A stretch of DNA of 12,085 nucleotides from Chitinivibrionales bacterium. GTDB lineage: Bacteria; Fibrobacterota; Chitinivibrionia; Chitinivibrionales; WJKA01. Below the pieces are notes generated by a model, which saw only the letters and a program-made list of their open reading frames with translations, did not search any database and was not told the DNA's origin. Position 1 is the first letter of the stretch, and each line of letters begins with the position of its first letter. The stretch covers positions 1 to 12,085 of the forward strand of contig JBBRUX010000072.1 in assembly GCA_038247415.1 (NCBI GenBank), in the 5' to 3' direction. The translations under genes and the position numbers were made by a program. Positions 1 through 7,477 of this stretch are shown piece after piece.

Positions 1-66
1 CCCACGATGGATGGCGAGTTCGTGTGCGAAGACCACTTCGGCACCACCAAAGGCGTTGCCGGTGGC
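1..66 (+). other. fhcD: Internal fragment (22 codons) of a formylmethanofuran--tetrahydromethanopterin formyltransferase gene, probably foreign or chimeric sequence at the window end
   Basis: Frame +1 reads PTMDGEFVCEDHFGTTKGVAGG, matching the Ftr/FhcD segment as I recall it (P-x-M-[DE]-G-[ED]-F-x-x-E...G-[VI]-[AG]-G-G-N). Hand count gives 42/66 GC and 17/22 codons ending in G/C, unlike the rest of the window. Similarity stops where the conserved Asn is expected. Confidence 0.7.
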
Positions 67-392
67 ATTACAAGATTACAGCGCATAGGTTCAAGATTTA
101 CCACTTCAGAGCCAATTACAATATCGCACCGCCGAACCTTGGTTTGCCAGACATCAATATCTATAGGCAGAATATCGGTGATACCAGCATCTCGCAATGA
201 GGCCTCAATCGTTTTTTCGGCAGCAATTCCAAATGGAGTTCCAGACAGCCGATGAGGCGATACCGTAAGATTGGCAAAATCTTTTTCGTACAGCGATTGA
301 GCTACAGCTGGCGCAACCATGGGCTTTTCGGCCATAGCGGCGGTAAGTACAAATGCAAGTATACTAAGAGCAGTCCAATAGAAACGTTTCAC
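3..392 (-). CDS. 5' part of a secreted or membrane protein with an M28-peptidase-like N-terminus (probably a large peptidase-like/FtsX-permease fusion); runs off the window, and native sequence probably ends near nt 51-67
   Basis: Not in the ORF track. The GTG start at 392-390 overlaps the TGA stop of the ATPase (GTGA), with a GGAGG RBS 6 nt upstream. The frame is open to the window edge: MKRFYWTALSILAFVLTAAMA|EKPMVAPAVAQSLYEKDFANLTVSPHRLSGTPFGIAAEKTIEASLRDAGITDILPIDIDVWQTKVRRCDIVIGSEVVNLEPMRCNLVMPPATP... It has a Sec signal peptide (AMA cleavage site). HRLSGT-x-AAEKTIEASLRDAG resembles the R-x-x-G-[ST]...A-A-x-[YW]-I...G opening of M28/M20-fold peptidases. The family call is inference. Confidence 0.8.
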   Translation of the reverse strand, partial: MKRFYWTALSILAFVLTAAMAEKPMVAPAVAQSLYEKDFANLTVSPHRLSGTPFGIAAEKTIEASLRDAGITDILPIDIDVWQTKVRRCDIVIGSEVVNLEPMRCNLVMPPATPLVVPKWSSHTNSPSIV

Positions 393-1138
393 TTAGATCC
401 TCCTATGTGTCCCACTCTGATCTGAATGTTACCGCGTTCGTCAACCTTTTCAATTTGACCATCGCGAATCCAGAACATGCGATCACATACATTGAGAAGG
501 CGAAGATCATGCGTTGCGCAAATGACCGTCACGCCTTTTTCTTTGTTAATTTTTTGCATTACTTCTAGAATTTCGGCACCCGTTTTAAGATCGAGATTTC
601 CTGTTGGTTCATCGCAGAGCAAAACTTTAGGATTATTGCACAACGACCTTGCGATAGCAACACGCTGTTGTTGCCCCCCCGACATTTCCAGAGGCCGATG
701 TGACCAGCGTTCTTCTAAACCCACAAGCTTTAATAAATCCATGCCACGGCGATGCGCTTCTTCGGGAGGAACCCCCGCAAAAGACATTGGCACCGTAACA
801 TTTTCGAGCGCTGTCATATATTTAATGAGATTAAAACTTTGAAAAATATATCCGATTTTCCTGCACCGTAAAAATGCCAACTCATCTGCACTCAATTGCG
901 CAATATCTACTTCGTCAATAAGTACGCGCCCTTTTGTGGGAGCATCAAGCGCTCCAACCATATTAAAAAAAGTACTCTTGCCAGAACCAGACGGCCCCAA
1001 TATAGAGATAAATTCGCCACGATAAATGGTTGCATTAACGCCCCGCAACGCATAGGTTGTTGCATCATTCATACCATATTTTTTTTCGAGCCCAATGGTA
1101 CGAATAATAACCGGTTTCATAGTTTCTTGAGTGCTCAT
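389..1138 (-). CDS. ABC transporter ATP-binding protein, LolD/MacB/FtsE (type VII) family
   Basis: 249 aa with Walker A GPSGSGKST, Q-loop IGYIFQSFNL, signature MSGGQQQRVAIAR, Walker B/D-loop VLLCDEPTGNLD and H-loop ATHD. GGAG RBS upstream. Confidence 0.95.
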   Translation of the reverse strand: MSTQETMKPVIIRTIGLEKKYGMNDATTYALRGVNATIYRGEFISILGPSGSGKSTFFNMVGALDAPTKGRVLIDEVDIAQLSADELAFLRCRKIGYIFQSFNLIKYMTALENVTVPMSFAGVPPEEAHRRGMDLLKLVGLEERWSHRPLEMSGGQQQRVAIARSLCNNPKVLLCDEPTGNLDLKTGAEILEVMQKINKEKGVTVICATHDLRLLNVCDRMFWIRDGQIEKVDERGNIQIRVGHIGGSK

Positions 1139-1144
1139 AGCTCT

Positions 1145-2617
1145 TTACTCCACACGCATAGCTTCCATCGGTGCAAGTCGTGCAGCAGCCCACGAGGGTG
1201 CAATAGCTGCAAGTGCCGCGATGAGAATACCAATAAAAAACGAAGTGATTGAAACAAGGAGGATATCGGATGCAATAATATTTTCGAAGGCCAGTGCCCC
1301 ATAGGTTGACCATGCGCGAAACAAAGAAAGTGCAATGCCCAGAACAATTCCAATAAGGCTGCCTGCAACGGCTTGAAAGAACGCTTCAAAAACAAAGAGC
1401 GTCATGATAAACCCGTCCATGGCGCCAATACATTTCATGGTGGCAATTTCGCTGAACCTATCGGTTACCGACATGAACATAGTATTAGCAATTCCCACAA
1501 CGCACACTAAAAAAGAAACCAGCACGAGCCAACGAGTTTTCTCGGGCAGTTCAAAAATTGAGTTGCGCGGTTTTATTTCTTCGGTGAGTTCTAATTTTTG
1601 TAATTGCGCGTCGCGAGAATAAAACATTGACATCGTCGTAATACGATTTGTTGTAAGGTCTGTTGCAATGCCAAGCGATTTAAAGGCTTCGAGCATTGAT
1701 TCTGCCCTTCGTACTGTTTGCGGCCAACGAACAATAGTATCGGTTGTTAAATCACGAATGTTTTGGATTCCAATCATTCTGCTCAAACGACCACGAATTT
1801 CTGAGGTTTCGGTTACCTGCAAAAGCTTTTTCTTGTCTGCTTCTCTGGTAGCAAGCACAGAGAGTTGGCTATAGAGAGGTGCAGTAAGACTAAAACCATT
1901 GGCACCAAGGGCACTTTTAAAGGATTGAGATGGTGCAATAAATGCAGTATTGATAGCCTGCGAATCGAGTTCTAGTGCGATTGCAGCGATAGCAGTTTGT
2001 TGACCTTGTGCTATTTTATTCCAGACATCCACCGTGCGAGGGAGTTCGTCTGAAACAAATCGTTTAAAAACGGCCATGTCATTAAGTGGGGGCTTGAGTT
2101 TAAGGGAAACGATTTTTTCCTCAAAAACAGCATACCGCTGAGCCGATCCTAAATCAACCAACACCCCCAAAGGATCGGCATCACCAACAAGCATTGCACA
2201 CGAAGAACGAGGAATTTCAGAAAAATAGTGTATACTTTTCTGAATTTTCTCCGAAGAACTTTTGCACAATAGAACTTCTTCGTTTGTTAAGACACCAAAT
2301 GTGCGATACTCGTGTTGACGAAGTGTATCTAACCCCGCATACACCTGTGCAATTGACAGCTGCTGATCTGGTGTAGAGAGCCTCGAAACCCATTCGTTAA
2401 GAAGCCTGTTTGTAGATATTTCTTTTGAAATGGCATAATCGGTATCATGAGAAATGATTCCATAGCTGAGCATATAGGAAAGAAATGCAACTGCCAGCGA
2501 CAGAATAAGTACCGTGATCGCTGATCTGTTCATGCGGTAATACATGCCTGAGAGCGTAAGGACTAAAGCACGCACAGGGCTAAGCCGCGCCTGCTCTTTT
2601 ACTGTAATAGGCTTCAA
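1145..2617 (-). CDS. FtsX/MacB-like ABC permease (type VII) with a large extracytoplasmic domain
   Basis: 490 aa: N-terminal TM (ITVLILSLAVAFLSYML), ~300-aa soluble region, and a C-terminal FtsX domain (VSFLVCVVGIANTMFMSVTDRFSEIATMKCIGA...FVFEA...APSWAAARLAPMEAMRVE) with 3 TMs. The TTG start overlaps the upstream TGA stop (TTGA) and has an AGGAGG RBS. Confidence 0.93.
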   Translation of the reverse strand: MKPITVKEQARLSPVRALVLTLSGMYYRMNRSAITVLILSLAVAFLSYMLSYGIISHDTDYAISKEISTNRLLNEWVSRLSTPDQQLSIAQVYAGLDTLRQHEYRTFGVLTNEEVLLCKSSSEKIQKSIHYFSEIPRSSCAMLVGDADPLGVLVDLGSAQRYAVFEEKIVSLKLKPPLNDMAVFKRFVSDELPRTVDVWNKIAQGQQTAIAAIALELDSQAINTAFIAPSQSFKSALGANGFSLTAPLYSQLSVLATREADKKKLLQVTETSEIRGRLSRMIGIQNIRDLTTDTIVRWPQTVRRAESMLEAFKSLGIATDLTTNRITTMSMFYSRDAQLQKLELTEEIKPRNSIFELPEKTRWLVLVSFLVCVVGIANTMFMSVTDRFSEIATMKCIGAMDGFIMTLFVFEAFFQAVAGSLIGIVLGIALSLFRAWSTYGALAFENIIASDILLVSITSFFIGILIAALAAIAPSWAAARLAPMEAMRVE

Positions 2618-3009
2618 TGCAAGGCCTCCTGTGGGTTTGTCCCCACCAGAACAATGAGCCCGCGTCTGGTTATAAGACGCAGGAATTCCATGATACTTAA
2701 TCGAGACTCGTGAAATGTCAATTTATGCGCCTTAGCGAACGCTTCGACAATAATTTCGACTGATGTTTTTCCATCACACATATTCCAAACTTCGGTACCA
2801 AGAACGTCCAGCTCAACAGCACGTTCTCTGCTAAATTTAAAAAGCCACGAAAAAGGGGGACCCATAAACCACTTGGTGCGCAAAGGGACATACACACGTA
2901 TCGTTTTTATAGACTCTTTTTCCCACCGAACAGATTCATTGCGAACCGGCACTGCAGACAAGAGCGCACTCAGTGATAGCGAGCCTTCTGGATTGAGCTT
3001 GTTTTCCAT
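2614..3009 (-). CDS. PqqD family / RiPP recognition element (RRE)-fold protein, stand-alone
   Basis: The motif ELDVLGTEVWNMCDGKTSVEIIVEAF...LTFHESRLSIMEFLRLITRRGLI is the typical PqqD winged-helix pattern (L-[DN]-x-x-[GA]-x-x-[IV]-W-x-x-x-D-G-x-x-[TS]-V...FL-x-x-L-x-x-x-G-L-I). I moved the start from 3090 to the ATG at 3009 (131 aa), 4 nt after the upstream gene's stop, which avoids a 77-nt overlap. Confidence 0.88.
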   Translation of the reverse strand: MENKLNPEGSLSLSALLSAVPVRNESVRWEKESIKTIRVYVPLRTKWFMGPPFSWLFKFSRERAVELDVLGTEVWNMCDGKTSVEIIVEAFAKAHKLTFHESRLSIMEFLRLITRRGLIVLVGTNPQEALH

Positions 3010-3013
3010 AGTG

Positions 3014-3871
3014 CTAAGAACCCTGACAACATGCAATGGCAACATCCGTATGGTCAAACATCCGCTTTGGATACGCCATCGAATGCACATGATACAGCGA
3101 TTTTTCGGATGGACATATCATGATGCGATCGTTACGCACAATACGCTGCCCAACCATCCAGCGAGGATGAAAAACACGCTCTTTGCCACAGAACAGAGTA
3201 CATTCATGATTATTATGCCGCTCCCGGAAGAATCTTCCCCGGATAGCACCTATTTCTTTACGTAAAAACGACTCTTCATCACCATCAAACCAGGCATCCG
3301 TCATACCAATCCGGCGCACCACACACCTACTATTATCATAAGTAAATGTAAATGTTGCATCCGCTGGTTTAATATCTGTTTCTGTTAAAAGCCAGTCTTT
3401 ATTAACAGTAAAGGAACAATGAAACGCCTTGTACAAAACTGTGGTCTGATTCTTATTTCCAGCGCTGATCGATTCGAATATCTGGCGCTCGAGAGTTTGA
3501 TCGACGCCGTGTGGCCACATTATGATGCAATCGATCCAATAGTTATTTTTTGCATCAAAGAAACCACCTCGAGTTACCATTGCCGTACCCATGACACGCC
3601 GGTAAACTTGCCACTGCTTAATTTTAAAGAACGGTTCGAGCACTGCATCGGGGAATGACGTTGTATCCCGAGCTATAAAATCGTCGAATATTCTTTTGGT
3701 GTCGGGTTTTTTCGAACATTTCGTCCACCCCAGCTGCATTCGTTGCTGATACCGGTCCACAAATGTCAATGATCCTATCGCTGGCTTAATCCCATGCTTG
3801 CTGATTTCCCAATCGAGTGGGACTTCGCAATGAAATCCCAGCCAATCGATGTGAGTTGCGGTATTCTGCAT
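3014..3871 (-). CDS. Hypothetical soluble protein with an internal duplication (possibly two PsbP/Mog1/DcrB-like domains)
   Basis: 285-aa ORF filling the gap between neighbours with 5-nt and 4-nt spacers. No signal peptide or TM is evident. A repeat is visible at offset 139 aa (V17/V156, DW20-21/DW159-160, IKPA28-31/IKPA167-170, TF36-37/TF175-176). The fold is inference. Confidence 0.85.
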   Translation of the reverse strand: MQNTATHIDWLGFHCEVPLDWEISKHGIKPAIGSLTFVDRYQQRMQLGWTKCSKKPDTKRIFDDFIARDTTSFPDAVLEPFFKIKQWQVYRRVMGTAMVTRGGFFDAKNNYWIDCIIMWPHGVDQTLERQIFESISAGNKNQTTVLYKAFHCSFTVNKDWLLTETDIKPADATFTFTYDNSRCVVRRIGMTDAWFDGDEESFLRKEIGAIRGRFFRERHNNHECTLFCGKERVFHPRWMVGQRIVRNDRIMICPSEKSLYHVHSMAYPKRMFDHTDVAIACCQGS

Positions 3872-3876
3872 ACGTT

Positions 3877-6339
3877 CTACGGAAATACTTTATAGCTAAG
3901 AGGAACAAGACCGGTTGCCAAATGGTAAATGGTTCCCACCAATGCCCACGTCAATGCAGCCAGCAAATCACCTGCAATTAGTCCAAGCATCAGAGGTTTT
4001 GCTCCCCGATATCCCTTTACACCCGACATTTTGACAACTGCCGACTTAATAGCCCATCCGATTAGAAACGATGCAGCAAAAAACATTCCGGGGTTTGTTC
4101 CCCATACTAAAAAACAAACTGGATGCAAAGGCCACCAGGCAAATACCAAGCGCAAAAGTGTCATGCCTACAGACAATACAACCCCTGCAATTCCCCACCC
4201 TACATAGAGCATATTGGGATGAATTGCAGCAAATCTCTCGAGTCCCGAAACGGTCATCGATTTTCCGATTTCATTATAGGCAGACAATTCGGAAATTGCA
4301 GTTGATGCTGCATCAAAAGGATACTTTGGTAAATACTGCGTTACCCATCCATCAGAGAAATTAAGGCCATGGTTATACTGAAAGAAAAGTGTAGCCCCAA
4401 GTGCAATAAAAAAACCAACCACAAGAATAACACCTATTAAAAGCGCCATCCTCGTTGAGGCATGTTTTTGCTCGGTTGGAGTAGTCATGTAGAGTCCGTT
4501 GGTAAGAAAAGGCATAATCGCCTCTCTAGGGTCAACCACAAAGACCGTACTTACAAAAACAAGGATGAGATACGCTGTTGGACCAATAGCTGAAGTGCCA
4601 AAGAGTACTGTTATAACGCCTACCGGAACCCACATGGGCTGCAAAAAAAACATTCCGGTTTCAACATTAATACGAGACATAACAATAAAAAGGAGAAAAA
4701 CAAAAAGAACAAACGTTGTGCCCAGTACCCAATCGAGCCCAGCCTGCATGAGAAGAACCACGCACAATGCTCCGCAAATAGCAAGCAAGCGTGTTGCCCA
4801 GACTGCATTTGCAGGAACCTCAGATGACCTTTTAAAGCCAAGTGACGAAGAAAAAACCCGAAGATAGTAATGCCGACCGACATAAAACATCATGAATGCT
4901 GTACCAAGATACGCACCAAATCTGAGCATATTCCCTTCTCGCGCAGCAATAAATTCGTTACTGAAGGGAACACCTATTGAATTAACAAAAGAATACAACA
5001 CCAAAAAAAGTATGCCCGATAGACCAACACTCAGCGACACATCGACACTCAGAAAAAATGCAAACCCCACAATAGTAGGAACAATCGTTGGCACAAAAAC
5101 CATATACGAAAAAGCAAAAGTCTTTGCAACAGGAAAAAGTTTGGTTATGGGCCAAAAATCAAACGACAATGGGATTTGAATAAAATTAGGAAACCATACA
5201 TGCGTCCCATTAATGATATGAATAGCAAAGACCGCACCTAAACCATACCAAAACAACTTAGAACGAACCACGTTAGAAATACCACTGCCAGCATTAGTGA
5301 CCGTAATTTCCTGAACAAATCGCGCAATGGGAAATGCAAGCAATTCCCGCTTCCACTGGGGTTGCACAATAATGGCCATGCACAGCGAGGCAAGACCCAA
5401 AAGAATTGCAAGCCCTCCCCAAAACCAGAGTGTTGGCAACCATACCTTCCAAGGAATATCCTTGAGCCTCACCTGTTTTTTATCACTACCAGACATGAGG
5501 GCCATAAATGCTGGATTTTGCACATCACCATTTGCCAACATCATGTTGCTAGCAGGAGCAAGGGGAAGAATATCTCCTACAAAAATTGCGTCGATACATT
5601 GACGCTGTACATTTATGCGATCGTGCTCGGTAAGCGAATCGATTGAACGCGCGCTTTCTCGAACATGTGCTGCAAGCGGAAGCGATGCAAAAACATCTGC
5701 ATTATAGAATTGGGGATTTGCAATAATGTCATCGAGAGAATTGAGAAGATCTGCTTTATCTGCCTGCTCAAAACGCCCGACTGCCATTGCCTGCTTTAAT
5801 GTACCACGCGTTCTTTCGGGCAAAAATTCCCATACCCTCCGCACGGGAGTAACTGTTGAATCTTCGGAAACGGCGATAAGTTTTTTTCCAACATTTTCCC
5901 AATTTTGAATATGCCCTTCGCCAAGAAGACCCGAGACACCAGGTAGATAGGAAAGAACATGATTTGCTTGCCAACCAGCTTCGGTCTTGACCATATTAGC
6001 CGGTGTAGTAATGAGCGCCGAAAATGATCTGAAAAAATTGGAGCCAGGCCATCCACATACCACTAATCCTAAAGCAGCAATAAGAGCGAGCTCGGAAGGC
6101 TTAAGCAGCGGCCCTTTAAAGAGCTTGATAAGCGGATTTAAAACTATAAGAAGTACCAAGAGCGGAGCAAAAACTGCAACAGGGAAGTGGTTACCGATAA
6201 GAAACGTTTGCTGAATAATATGATCGTTAAAATAGGTAAAAATCGAAATGCCAACTGCCAGCAAGATTCCGAGTACTACTGCGCGTATAGTCATGGGTCG
6301 CACTGCGCCTTTCTTTAACAAATTCGAAAACAGTGGCAA
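3877..6339 (-). CDS. Multipass membrane protein, OPT/YSL-like putative peptide transporter (DUF6785/DUF6784 type)
   Basis: 820 aa with many hydrophobic segments. The N-terminal TIRAVVLGILL and PSELALI resemble OPT-family openings. Recalled DUF6785/6784-type motifs are present: IPWKVW, QWKRELLAFPIA, SRINVETG, WWPLHPV, SFLIGWAIKSAVVKMSGVKGYRGAKPLMLGLIAGD. The start is either TTG 6339 or ATG 6294. Confidence 0.85.
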   Translation of the reverse strand: MPLFSNLLKKGAVRPMTIRAVVLGILLAVGISIFTYFNDHIIQQTFLIGNHFPVAVFAPLLVLLIVLNPLIKLFKGPLLKPSELALIAALGLVVCGWPGSNFFRSFSALITTPANMVKTEAGWQANHVLSYLPGVSGLLGEGHIQNWENVGKKLIAVSEDSTVTPVRRVWEFLPERTRGTLKQAMAVGRFEQADKADLLNSLDDIIANPQFYNADVFASLPLAAHVRESARSIDSLTEHDRINVQRQCIDAIFVGDILPLAPASNMMLANGDVQNPAFMALMSGSDKKQVRLKDIPWKVWLPTLWFWGGLAILLGLASLCMAIIVQPQWKRELLAFPIARFVQEITVTNAGSGISNVVRSKLFWYGLGAVFAIHIINGTHVWFPNFIQIPLSFDFWPITKLFPVAKTFAFSYMVFVPTIVPTIVGFAFFLSVDVSLSVGLSGILFLVLYSFVNSIGVPFSNEFIAAREGNMLRFGAYLGTAFMMFYVGRHYYLRVFSSSLGFKRSSEVPANAVWATRLLAICGALCVVLLMQAGLDWVLGTTFVLFVFLLFIVMSRINVETGMFFLQPMWVPVGVITVLFGTSAIGPTAYLILVFVSTVFVVDPREAIMPFLTNGLYMTTPTEQKHASTRMALLIGVILVVGFFIALGATLFFQYNHGLNFSDGWVTQYLPKYPFDAASTAISELSAYNEIGKSMTVSGLERFAAIHPNMLYVGWGIAGVVLSVGMTLLRLVFAWWPLHPVCFLVWGTNPGMFFAASFLIGWAIKSAVVKMSGVKGYRGAKPLMLGLIAGDLLAALTWALVGTIYHLATGLVPLSYKVFP

Positions 6340-6381
6340 TACATATCACCAGATACTCTGCGGGTGTCTATACTGTTGCAA

Positions 6382-7467
6382 TTAGGCTCGTGTAAGCGCA
6401 GCCCCCGTTGCCCCGTCAAAAAGATGCAAAGCCGAATATGGAGCATATAATGTGATAGTATCACCAACTTTTGATGGTGATCCATTGAGGATTTTAGCTA
6501 TAATAGAGGCTCCACAGGTTGCAACATACAAAAGAACTTCAGATCCGAGCGGTTCACATAAATCAACGCTGCCAGGAAGCTCGATAGAATCCGGAGTAGC
6601 GCTCATCTGGAGGTCTTCGGGCCTAATTCCTAAACAAACACTTTTACCATCGAGTTTAGAAAGTTGCGATCGCAAATGCTCAGGAATGGGAATAGTTACT
6701 TCACCATTCTTCATTGAAGTTCCAGAAACGACATAATCGATAAAATTCATGGGTGGAGATCCAATAAAACCAGCAACGAATTTATTGGCGGGAGACCGGT
6801 AAATCTCCATGGGAGAGCCTATCTGCTGAATCTGGCCGTTTTCCATAACAACAATGCGATCACCCATGGTCATAGCTTCTACCTGATCGTGCGTAACGTA
6901 AATCATGGTGGCAGACAACCGCTTGTGCAACAAACAAATTTCTTTTCTCATTTGAACACGCATTTTAGCATCGAGATTTGAAAGCGGTTCATCAAAGAGA
7001 AAGACTTTGGGTCTTCGTACAATTGCTCTTCCAAGTGCAACACGCTGCCGTTGTCCACCGGATAATGCTTTGGGTTTTCTTTCGAGATAGGGCGTTAATC
7101 CGAGTGTTTCTGCAGTTTCACGTACCCGAGCTTCAATCTCTTTTTTAGGGTATTTACGCAACACGAGCCCAAAAGCCATGTTGTCGTACACACTCATGTG
7201 CGGATATAAAGCATAATTTTGAAATACCATAGCAATATCACGATCCTTGGGGGAGAGATCGTTCATACGGCTTCCACCAATATGTAAATCGCCTTCGGTG
7301 ATATCTTCGAGTCCGGCTACCATACGAAGTACTGTAGATTTCCCGCACCCGCTTGGTCCAACAAATACTACGAATTCCTTATCGGAAATCGAAAGCGAAA
7401 ATTTGGAGACTGCAGTTACTGCTCCGTCGTATATTTTTTTAACGCTCTTAAACGTTACGTCTGCCAT
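6382..7467 (-). CDS. ugpC: Carbohydrate (CUT1) ABC importer ATP-binding protein, MalK/UgpC/MsmX family
   Basis: 361 aa with Walker A GPSGCGKST, RDIAMVFQNYALYPHM, signature LSGGQRQRVALGR, VFLFDEPLSNLDAK, YVTHDQVEAMTMGDRI, FVAGFIGSPPMN, and a C-terminal TOBE/OB domain (GIRPEDL, EPLGSE). The symbol denotes the family only; the substrate is not determined. Confidence 0.95.
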   Translation of the reverse strand: MADVTFKSVKKIYDGAVTAVSKFSLSISDKEFVVFVGPSGCGKSTVLRMVAGLEDITEGDLHIGGSRMNDLSPKDRDIAMVFQNYALYPHMSVYDNMAFGLVLRKYPKKEIEARVRETAETLGLTPYLERKPKALSGGQRQRVALGRAIVRRPKVFLFDEPLSNLDAKMRVQMRKEICLLHKRLSATMIYVTHDQVEAMTMGDRIVVMENGQIQQIGSPMEIYRSPANKFVAGFIGSPPMNFIDYVVSGTSMKNGEVTIPIPEHLRSQLSKLDGKSVCLGIRPEDLQMSATPDSIELPGSVDLCEPLGSEVLLYVATCGASIIAKILNGSPSKVGDTITLYAPYSALHLFDGATGAALTRA

Positions 7468-7477
7468 ATCGGTCTAC

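Noticed and set aside
7..255. 82-aa + strand ORF as a real gene
   Set aside because: Only its first 20 codons look like a real protein (internal Ftr fragment). The rest is antisense to a minus-strand gene that has an RBS, a signal peptide and operon coupling.
381..390. Perfect palindrome GAAACGTTTC resembling a LacI-family operator
   Set aside because: It is explained by codons 1-4 (GTG AAA CGT TTC) of the last gene, lies deep in the operon with no nearby promoter, and a 10-bp palindrome is expected by chance in 12 kb.
3010..3090. N-terminal 27 codons of the 158-aa PqqD ORF
   Set aside because: They overlap the 3' end of the upstream gene by 77 nt. The ATG at 3009 fits the operon spacing better.
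4643..4650. A8 homopolymer (and T8 at 1079-1086) as phase-variation tracts
   Set aside because: The tracts are short, in frame and explained by Phe/Leu or Lys codons in an AT-leaning genome; there is no frameshift.
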